From: a virus | Taxonomy: Duplodnaviria > Caudoviricetes | Strand: one strand, 5' to 3' | Length of the DNA: 64,000 nucleotides | Virus record (IMG/VR): IMGVR_UViG_3300020403_004398 | Location: 1 to 64,000 of that record | Shown: piece by piece, positions 38,075 to 48,900 of the stretch | Position numbering within the stretch: position 1 is the stretch's first letter | Layout of the letters: each line of letters opens with the position of its first letter | Translations under genes and position numbers: made by a program | Notes under the pieces: model-generated | The model's database searches: none | Seen by the model: the letters and a program-made list of their open reading frames with translations, nothing else | Told to the model about the DNA's origin: nothing

Positions 38075-39903
38075 TGTCAATTAAAAGGTATACAGCAGAT
38101 AAAGACAACACAATCACCGATTCTTTTGGCTCTAGCGGTGGCACTAGGGCCACTGGATCAAACTGTGGAGCCTCAGACGTCATGGAGATGTTTTCAATTT
38201 ACAGCGGGATGTTCCAAGGGTCTATAGAAAAGGCAAGGTCTTTGATTGAGTTCCCAATAAGTCAAATATCGTCAGATAGAGATTCGGAAAAGATACCAGC
38301 TTCTGGTTCAGTAAACTTTAAGCTAAAATTGTTTAATGCGCCCCATGGAGAAACAGCCCCTAGAAATTATTATGCACATGTTTGTCCCGTGCTTGAATCC
38401 TGGTCAGAGGGAACGGGCACTGACATGATAGATTTTATACACAAGGGAGCAAGTAATTGGATCTCTGCGAGCACAGGTCAACCATGGGTTTCTTCGGGGG
38501 GAAGTATTCCTTCGGCCTCTCTCATGGCTAATGAAACAGGTCCAGTTTTACCAGTTGAGTACAGCAAATTTTTTGATTCGGGGACTGAAGATTTAGAAGT
38601 AGATATAACATCGCTAGTAGAAGAATGGCTAAAACATTATAAAAGCACCTCAGTCTATGCAACAGCCTCTCTGACCTTTAACAATTCATCTACTGCAGGT
38701 CAAAAGATAACATTAACAAAAACTAATGGAGACTTTACTATCTTTGAATACACCGCCGGCGAAGCGAGTGTAAGTGGCAAGACTGTTTTTGTTCCAGCGG
38801 GGAACAACGCAACCAATTCAGCGATAAATTTTTATGCAAGAGTTGTGGCTGACACTAATTTTACTGCCCACCGCCGCGGCGACGTGGTTCATGTGGTGCA
38901 GCCAACCCCTGGTTTTTATGGAAACACAATAATTTCTTCTACCGCAAATAATGTCGCAATAGTTAATTTTCGAAACGGTACTGGGGTTGTTAATAACGGA
39001 GTTTTGGTAAAGTTAAGTGGCTCGTATGAAGACGGATCCGAGCAGCGCTCATATTATACTAAAAAGTTTTATACAAGAAGTTCCCAAAATGCTTTACTTC
39101 GTCCTGTCATTGAGGCTCAATACGACCTCGCAATAAAAGACGATCGAGGGGACATTATGAAATCTAGTTCTCTGGCCCCTGCGTCTGACAATTTAAATAC
39201 AATATATCTTTATAACAAAGTACGAGGCTCGATGAAAGATATCCCTTCGCCAGGAGGAGGAAATTTTTATGTTCAATTAGTGCCATCCGAAGGTTCTAAT
39301 CCCGTAGGGCTCGTAGGAGTAGGAAATGACGCTAATTTTAACACATTCATTACAGCGTCAAAGCACTCAACAGGAATATATAAAGCCCAGTTTGCATATT
39401 CGGGATCAGAAACAACCCTTAGAGATGTTTGGCAACATTCTACAGACGGATCGACGTATACTCAATTGCATACTGGGTCCGCTTTCTCTGTGCGCGGTTA
39501 TGACCCAGGTGCTTCCAGAGAAACACCGTCTTACGTCACTAGCATAACAAATCTAAAGGATTCGTACAGGTGGGATGAAGAGGTTAGATTTAGAATTTAC
39601 ACACGAGATAAAAACTGGAATCCAAACGCATATACAGTTGCATCTAAGGACGCCCCGGTCAGTACAATCAGGCAGGCTTATTATAAAATCACTAGAAAGG
39701 CAGATAATTTAGAAGTAATACAATACTCTACAGGAAGTAGCCCTAGTTATTCTTCATTATCTTACGATGCTAGTGGCTCTTATTTTGATTTAGATATGTC
39801 AATTTTAGAACCAAACTATTTATATGAGATAAGCATCTTGTACAAAGACGACAGCAAATACGTTGAGCAGAAAGAGAAATTTAAGTTTAGAATAGACCCA
39901 TGA
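38074..39903 (+). CDS. Baseplate-associated protein with DNRLRE/CBM96-like and Ig-like domains
   Basis: DNTI...GSNCG...ARSLIEF...KLKL...ESWSEGTG...W pattern, an inserted beta module, and a C-terminal Ig-like beta sandwich. Confidence 0.55.
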   Translation: MSIKRYTADKDNTITDSFGSSGGTRATGSNCGASDVMEMFSIYSGMFQGSIEKARSLIEFPISQISSDRDSEKIPASGSVNFKLKLFNAPHGETAPRNYYAHVCPVLESWSEGTGTDMIDFIHKGASNWISASTGQPWVSSGGSIPSASLMANETGPVLPVEYSKFFDSGTEDLEVDITSLVEEWLKHYKSTSVYATASLTFNNSSTAGQKITLTKTNGDFTIFEYTAGEASVSGKTVFVPAGNNATNSAINFYARVVADTNFTAHRRGDVVHVVQPTPGFYGNTIISSTANNVAIVNFRNGTGVVNNGVLVKLSGSYEDGSEQRSYYTKKFYTRSSQNALLRPVIEAQYDLAIKDDRGDIMKSSSLAPASDNLNTIYLYNKVRGSMKDIPSPGGGNFYVQLVPSEGSNPVGLVGVGNDANFNTFITASKHSTGIYKAQFAYSGSETTLRDVWQHSTDGSTYTQLHTGSAFSVRGYDPGASRETPSYVTSITNLKDSYRWDEEVRFRIYTRDKNWNPNAYTVASKDAPVSTIRQAYYKITRKADNLEVIQYSTGSSPSYSSLSYDASGSYFDLDMSILEPNYLYEISILYKDDSKYVEQKEKFKFRIDP

Positions 39904-42900
39904 CTGATTATAAAAATATACCCCCCAAGAGTAAGTTGTCTGAAAAAAGGGAAAAACAATTTTTAAAAAGAAAAAGACACTCTATAAACGAATCTTCGGG
40001 CCTAATTTCAAAAAATTTAGAATCAGACAAGGTTCTACAGGCTTACGGGAACTATGTAAAAACTTTTCGCCCTGATGTAAAAGTCAAGGACCCTTCGACA
40101 TTTGCTTGTTTCGGTAGTGCTGAAAAGTACTACAATGATGCAGCCTACAATATAGTGAACTACTATCCATTCGACGGAACCCGCGAGCAGCTGTTGGCCT
40201 GGCACACATCTTCAAACCCATTAGATGTTGCAATATTAAAAAACAATTGGCCCGCTTCTGTAGGACACTTAGCTTTTAATAAAAGTGAATATGTGACCTT
40301 TTATGCAGGCCCTCAATATCTCGCCTCGGCAAATTTTGTAGGTGACATACACAAAGAAGAAACTTCATTAACGATGAACCCAACCAAGGGCAATACTGCG
40401 GAGTTTTGGTTAAAAAAAGAAGCATTCAACGAACAAGAATCTCACGCAGAGGTGCTTTTCGATATTGGTTCGTATCCGGGAAAACTTTCTGATTCACAGA
40501 CTGGAATTTTTAAGCTTTATTTAAATGCTTCAAGTTCAGGGTCGCCTTTCTATTTAACCTACAAGTCCGGTTCCGTGGGAATCACAGATTTGCAAATTGG
40601 CTCATCTACGCATACAACTTCTTCAATAATAGATTCAAAGTGGCACCATTACGCAGTTAGCGTTTGGAAAGAATCATCTAAAATACATGTAAAGTTTTAC
40701 GTAGATGGTGTTTATGATTCTCATCACCAAGTTAGCGATGCTGCGTATGAAACAATGGGCAAAGTGGACGCCTATATGGGCGGGTCCCTGGGTGCGGCCC
40801 AAGCGTTTACTTCAGGGTCTTTATCGGGGTCCATGGATGACTTTAGATATTGGAAAGGAAAAAGGACAGCTAAAGAAATAGGCAAATATTACGACAAGAG
40901 AGTGTTCGCAAGTGACAAGACAAGTGACGACTATACTAGCCGCCTAGGCGCCTATTTTAAATTCAACAGAAGTAAAACAGGAGACACTTCAAAAGATTCA
41001 ATAGCGGTTGATTATTCGGGAAACAACCTTTTTGGAACAATAAAGAACTATGCATCTTCCTGCAGAGTTAGCACATCTGCAATAACATTGAGTGACATAT
41101 CAAAAAACTCAGAACAAAAAGACCCCATACTTGATTCGAGCCATCAACAGGTTTCATCCCTAATATCAGAATACTCAGCAATCGGTAAACAATTTGACAA
41201 CCATAACCAATCTACGCTTACAAGATTCTTGCCAGAATGGGCCCAACCTGATCGCATTGACGCTGCTTCACAGGATTCAAAAGATTTTGCAACCTTGCTG
41301 CATATGATGTCGTCTGAGTTTGACAGAATTAAAGCCGGCATAGACGCACTCGTTCGACACCGCGGAATAAAATATGCCGATCCAATCACTAAAATTGGCG
41401 CCAACGGCGTAATCGTAGAAACAACATCAAGCTATATTGATAATAATACCATTGAGTGTGCAGAGCACCGTGATCTTGACCCATGGACAGCAGGCAACCG
41501 TGCATACTGGCCATCAAGAAATTTAGAGGAGACGGGCCTCCAAGTAGAAGCTCAGCCGATAATATCTGAGGTCACAGCTGAAGAATATGTAGAAAATGAA
41601 TTAATACACGTAATGGAGCTTTCATTTGCAGATTTAAAAAATTTAATTATTGAAAATATAAATATCACTGCAAATTCCACACTGAAAAAAAAGGGTAGCA
41701 AAAGAGCCTTTGATTCTATTTTGCACTCTTACGGGGTTGATCAAAACAACATCTCAACAAAGTTATATGGACACAATGCAGACCTCTTCATAACAAGCAG
41801 CAAGGTTGATTTCGTCTCAGAAAAAAAGAGATCTTTATTTTTAGGGGATAACAAGTCTGCAACTTTATTTATGTCATCCAGCTCTCCAGAGACCCAGAAG
41901 ACATTTTTAAAAGCAGACACGAGAGAGACAGAATATACTTTTGAAGGTAATTTTATTTTTCCCAACATAACATCGTCATCAGGTTTTGTCACTAGCGCTT
42001 CTATCTTTGGTGCGCACGAAGTTAGTGCTTCTAACAATAGCTTTGTAGTCACTGACCCTGATGGGGCAAGTTTTCAAGTGTCGTCTACAAAAACAGGATT
42101 AACTGACCATGGCGATGTTAAATTTTCTTTATCCTCTTCGGCGTTGTTGCTTTCATTAAACACAGAATTGACTTCTCCCTCGATGCCAAATGTTTATAAA
42201 AACTCTTTGTGGAACTTGTCTGTGAGGATTTCTAAGAACGCGGACAATAAATTCGTTTATAACCCAACCCCGACATATAAAGTTCAATTCAGTGGTTATA
42301 ATTATGTTTTAGATAATCTAGAAAACTATTTTGAAACTTCGAGCGTAATCACTTCGGACGTATATGAGAGGTTTAAATCTGCCAACAAAACAGTCTTCGT
42401 CGGGGCACACAGGGATAACATCACAGGGTCTGTGACAAAAGAGACTGATATAAAAATAATCAACTTCAATGTGTGGAACGATAGTCTGTCGACATTGGAG
42501 CTGCAAGCGCGCTCTCAGAGTCCATCAATTGTGGGACGCTCGAAGGCGTTTATGTATGAGGACAGCTATGCTTCAAGTAACCGGCCAATAGAGCAAAGTT
42601 TAATTTTTGGCTGGCAGTTTTCAAACTTGCAGACAGCCTCAGTTGACAACACAATAATAGTGGAAGATTTATCTTCAGGTTCCGCAGAGATGGTTAGCAA
42701 ATACGGAAACTTGATAGGGTATAAGTATCCTGCAAAATCTACAGCTTTAAGTCACAAAACCTCAAATGTGCTGCAAGAAGAATTTTTACCGGTCGTGCGC
42801 TTTTCTCCTATTGATGCAACTCATGGCCTTGAATCTGTATCAGTTAAGAAATCAGAAATAGAAAAATTTCAACAGCAAACAAAGCCGGATTCAATATTAA

Positions 42901-45900
42901 TATCTTTTGAAAAAAGCATGTATGAGGCAATTTCTCGAGAGATGGTAAACTTCTTAGGTGGTGTAGAGTCGTTCAACAATTTGATTGGGGAGCCTGTTAA
43001 TAAGTACCGTAAAACTTACAAGTTTTTGGACCACTTAAGAGGTAAATTTTTCCAAACAGTCGAAAGTCAAAACCAATTTGAAAGATACGTAAGATATTAT
43101 AGATGGATAGAGTCGTCAATTGGTACATTTTTGAGACAATTGGTACCAGCTTCCATGGATTCACATACCGGAATTGAAAACGTTGTAGAGAGTCATGTTT
43201 TGGAGAGAAACAAATATGATTACAAACTACCAAAAATAAATAGAAAAGACCCAAACTTATCAACTTCCCTGCTCTCAATTAACGAATTACTTTATGATTG
43301 GGAACATGGCCACATATCAGACTCTGAAGACGATCACTGTTTGTGGAACAAAGACAGAAAAGAGAGAGTTACAATTGGAGATAGGGAAACCATAAGGAAG
43401 GTTTTAACAACTGTGGTGACAGGCTCTGGGTGGACCCCTGCAAGAAACTATGTATTGAGAAACTTAGTAAAACCTTACAAGTATTCAACAGATCTGCAAA
43501 GAGTGTACAATCAGGGTTCGAACAGAAATGCAAATAAAATAAAAGATTTTTACAAAATAATCAATGAAGGAAAAAATATAGAAATAAACTCAACTGACTT
43601 GTATGAATTTAAGAAATGCAATGATGTTATAAATCCACAGCAAGAAAAAATCTATACAGTTAAAACAAATACAGTAGGTACAGATGGTTATCTTGATGGT
43701 GATGCCGACTTGCTACTTCCTTTTACTTTTTATAGCTCCTCTGCAGGAGTGGATTTTTCTGTATTTAAACAGAATTTGTCTATAACAAATAATCACGATG
43801 ATGCGCCAACTCTGCAGGGCCCATTTGTTCGCGATAAGGTAGGAGGGATGCCACACAGAAGAGTAAAAATCGGAACAGCACATAAAGACCGGCCAGAGGC
43901 CTATGAAATTGAAACAACTTCCAACAAGCTAACTATAAAGGCTTCTCAAAAAGCAAAGTCAATGTTCCACCGCGATCTCGGCGGCGCCCGTTTTTACCAT
44001 ATAGGGAATGTTAAAACCACCACTGAGCCTTTGTTGTTGGGAAATTATTCTAAAGATTATGAAATCGTTCAAACTGCGGGTCGGCATATTAACAATTGCC
44101 ATCTTGTCAACTCTGGAGGGGTAGATTTGACAGGACAATACTCGAACTCAACATACATTACAGATCTTGCCAGTACGACAAAATTAATAGATTTTGCAGT
44201 ACCAAACCGAGGCCGCAGCGAGCACGTATTTGTAAATAGATTTTCAGCCCCAGGTTCGCCAGAAACTTTGAGTCCAAGCTCTTTGGACAGGGAATCAGCA
44301 GAATATTCAGTTTACAATACGGTAAACTACAGAAATGTTGGTGTACGCAGCGCATTGAATTTATTTTCTAAAGAATATTCTGGGCAATTTGGATACAGAA
44401 GTTCCAGCGCGACACAGGGCTCAGTTCACAAAACAAACAGAAATCCGCTAAGGTACACTGGTTCAGCAGGAAAAGAGAAAAATTATGACAACTCTTTTGT
44501 TCAACATCAGATACCACAAAATGACTTCGGATATGCATGGGTAACCTCTAGTGCGAATGAAGACGTTTATAGTTTTTTGAACAAAAATTCAAATTTTGGA
44601 CATCAACACAAGTTTGAGATTTCAGGATCTTTGAAGTCTTCAGAGACAATATCTTTTACTTCTCGATCATCAAGACTAACCGCGTATAACGCAGCAGATT
44701 TCGCAGGTATTCAAACTTGGAATAATTACACGATAGATAAAGAATTAAACACTCAAGCCTACAATTCACCAATAACTCACCTAAATGATGTAATTTTAGG
44801 CCTCCAGGGCCCGTATTCGTGGCCAACTTGGAAACAAATAAGAGGGTCTGAGCACCCGATCGTACGCGCTCACAAGAAAAGTAATGATTTTTCAGTTGTT
44901 TTCACTGGGGATATCCCTTTCACTTTTTCGTATCCGGGAGTCAAATACGATTATAGCAACACGCAAGAAAACAACAACCTTATAAATACACCTAGATCTG
45001 TCAGGAATTACAAGGAAATATTAGTAACGTCAAAATTTAATCCAGTTACGGTGAGCCTGCACGAAATATTAGAAGAGGATATGGTAGAATTTTTAAGTCA
45101 AAACGATTTTCTACCCTCGACACTTTCGCAAGCTAAATTGTCTCAGTTGTGGTATAACGATGAGTTTATGCATGAGTTTTTGTCTAAAAACGCTTCAAGT
45201 GATATGCCAAGCATCTCTTTGAGAGCTACAGTGCAAAATGATGTTACGGGCTTTGCAAATCAAGACTTGACAGACGACATAGATTTTTCTGAGCAAGAAT
45301 TTTTAAAAAATAAAAACTTAGAAAAAATAAACAGTTATTTAGAGTTCTTAGAAGGTCCAATGGCAAAAGATCTTCAACTTAGCGAACTAAACTACATAGA
45401 GACAATATACCCCAGAGAAATCAACACTTACACAAAAAATGCAAGAACAAGAGAAAACTTTGAGTTTTTCGGCTGGAACTCGTCAAGAAATTCTAGAAAT
45501 TTAATATTAACAGGAAATGTGCTATATGATGGATTTTTAATTAACAACGCAACACAAAAATTCTTCCTTAAGCCAACAGCGAGTTTTCAAGAAGACAATT
45601 TTAAGACCTCTTATTTTAATTCTATAGAGGTTGTAGATTTAATTTCTACCGGATCAACTTCGAGCATCGCGACAGCAGCGAGTAAATATATAACCGGCAG
45701 TACTTGGGTACTAGACTCAAGAAAAGATATTAATACCACTCCATTAAGTTTGACTTCATCTTTCTTTTTAGACGGAGATACGTTCCTTGCGAACAGAGAA
45801 CAAGCGACTCTAGGAGAAGGTATTCTTCAGAACGATTATAGCATATTTGCTTTGGGTATGAACGCTGCCAGGGGCGCTCCCCCGTTCGCGCCATTGTACA

Positions 45901-48900
45901 ACAGAAGAATTCCACAAGCATATAACGGAGACTTTTTCTTATCAGGAGAAGCAAAATGGTCAGCAGCAGACGGTCGCACAGGACCCTTCTTCGATAATTA
46001 CGACGTTTACGCTGAAGAGATTCGACTTATTGGGCAAGAATATTCGTTGATTCCTGAATATCGAGTGAGTGAGTTTGTGGAAGATATATATTCTTCTAAA
46101 GATAGGAACGCTTCTGCAAGAAGAGAAGATTTCTTACAACTAACAGGGGCTATATATGACAAATCATCAGGAGAACTATCGGTAGGTAGTAGGTTTTTTA
46201 AGACATATTCAACCAGTGACTTTATGAAGTACTTCCAGCCAGTTAGAGAAAATCTTGAAAATAATAATTTTTCATTAGATCCTGGTCGCTTAACCTTGCG
46301 CTGTCAAGCAGTAAAGAGATTTTTACCCTACAGAGGTTTTTATCCAGCAGAACGCGTAGTTCAAATTTCTGAAATTTTTCATAGAGGATACATGAAATCG
46401 GGCTCGTTTTCTGCAAAATATTTAGAGAATGATCTAATAACAGAAACAGAAGCAAGAAACTTGTTAAATTTAAGAATTGAAAACTCAAAAGCCCAGGTAT
46501 TTAAGCCTATAGGTGCCCCCGGTGTGCTTTTAAATTCGATTAAAGCAGGTGTGGCAGTAGATTATCCTATTTTTCATTCAGTGATCACCGGCGCCATAGA
46601 GTCTATACTTGATACAAAATATGATACGCCAATTATAAATCATTCTTTTATGTCGCTAGGTTCAGATGTTTGCTTTACGGGTTCTTCAATAAACTCAACA
46701 GTAGACGCAGGTATTCCTAGGCTTACTGGTTCAGTTTCTCACCGGGTCACGTTTGAAGACATGTTGACACCTGAAAATTTAATGACAGAGGTTATTCATG
46801 ACAACGAGCCTCACCCAAGCGCAAGCCTGTTGTATGGAACGGCTGATTTCGTCAAAGTACTCGAAAGACCGGCCAGGTTTGGTATGCTTGATCAGACAGA
46901 AGTTAAAAACAAAATAGCTATATCTTTTGGCAATTTAAAAGAAAGTTTTGGTCATGCACTGAAGCCATATAAGAGCGCTATAAACAACTTTACTGCGGAA
47001 ACGGTTAATTTTTTCTTGGAAGAAGGCAAGCTACAGACATTAATATCGGAACCAACTGCACCTTTGTTATCTGCAGGTACGACTTATAAAATGAAAGTTT
47101 ATCTTCTTAATGAAGACACAGTCATGTACGATAGACATTCTGCATTCGGTCCACCTGTCGACGACGGTCATGTTGGGGTCACTACGTATGAGGAAGCTAC
47201 CACTGGCATATCTGGTATTGCATCTAGCGCAAGCATAACTTTTGATCACACAAACCAAGATCCCCTTCGCCGCGAGCCAACTAATCTTGTGCCGTACTCG
47301 TTAAGTGGGGCTACGACATTGTCTAGCCACGCTGTTGGGTTTACATTCACTGCGTCTAATGGCACTGGCTTAAGCATAGGGTATTACGACTCTTTGAATT
47401 ATACCGGCTCAATGGCGCGCTTTGAATTTAAGGAGCCTTCGCAATATTCCGCCACGGTTGACGATTATATTGATGACAATGCCACTTTTCCGCTTCTGGG
47501 GCTTTCTGGTTCCAGCGGATCTGTAAGCCTCTTCTTTTACAACTCCGTACAGTTTGGATCAACTCTGACTGGCAAATATGTTGATGTTAGTGATGGCGCT
47601 TCAGGGTTCAAAACTGCGACACAGGTTGCGACAGAGGTTAAAAACATACTCTCCTCTTCTTTAAGTAGCTCTTTTATGTTCTTTCAAGACGGTGCAAATT
47701 TTACTGCTTTTTCTAGGACTAGAGCTGTGAACGAAGACACGGCCATCTTGACAGGAAGCAATGCAACCGTCGCGCCATCAGCTTTTGGTGGCCTAGGAAA
47801 TAACGCAAAAAATATTGCAAACATATCCCAGACCGGCTCTCAAACTGGTACTTTTGGTACCGAGCTTTTTGATTATGAAGTCGTCGCCGGCGTCGACTGG
47901 CCGACATATGCACTGTCTTTCAACAGTAATACCGTAAGGTATGTGGACATTCATCGTGTTGCCACCGATGTTTTTGGTGCCTCGACAGTTGCAGATGACA
48001 CTAGAGATGCAATAATAACCTTGTCAGGCGCAGTAGGCGATTACATGATAACAGCCTCAGCCCCGGGGTCGACCTCTACTGTGACGATAACCAGATTGAA
48101 CACCGGATCAGCTGGCAATCAGCCGCTCGGCCAAATGTCACTCCCTATCAACACAACTGATCTCGTTTCCAGCTTCCCTTCAGCCTTTACCGGAGGAAGA
48201 GATTCATTCTTAGTGACTTCGCTATCTGCAAGTGTTACAGTTAAATCAGGTTCGCATGGTCACTTGCCTTATGTGCCGCCATTTTTAGATCCACATACGA
48301 GGCCTTATATCGAATTAAGCTTTACACCAAACAAAGATAAGGTATATACAATACCAGAAATTATTGATAATGTAACAGCGTCATATTATAATATTGCAGA
48401 ACCAAGCAACGCAGAGACTAACACAAATTACAAAGAAGCTATGTCGTTGTCAGCAAGTATTGACTTTAAGAAGTATGTAAAACTTATAAGTGATAACTAT
48501 ACTGTTTCTGAATCGGGCCATCGGACCCCTCTGGATCCAAGTTCTACCGAAAAGTTTAGATGGGTTATACAACCAAAGTGGGAAACTCCGATCATGGACT
48601 TTCAAGATAGGGAGGTGCAAACTTTAAATCTTAACAATGGAACAGTGGTCTCAACTAGTAAATCGCCCTGGAAGACAAGATATCAAACAACCTATTACGA
48701 AGAGTTCAATGAATCTGGAACCCCATACCTAACCTCCTCTACAGGCATGTGGCACCAATCCGGAAGTGTAATAACAAAAACAGAACAAAAAGGCTATTAT
48801 TTGACAATCGAATCAGCAGATTATGATCCGCAAAACAATGTAGCAGACTTGGCATCAATCGTAGGATTTGTTCCAGAACCTCATTTATCGGGCCGCCGCC

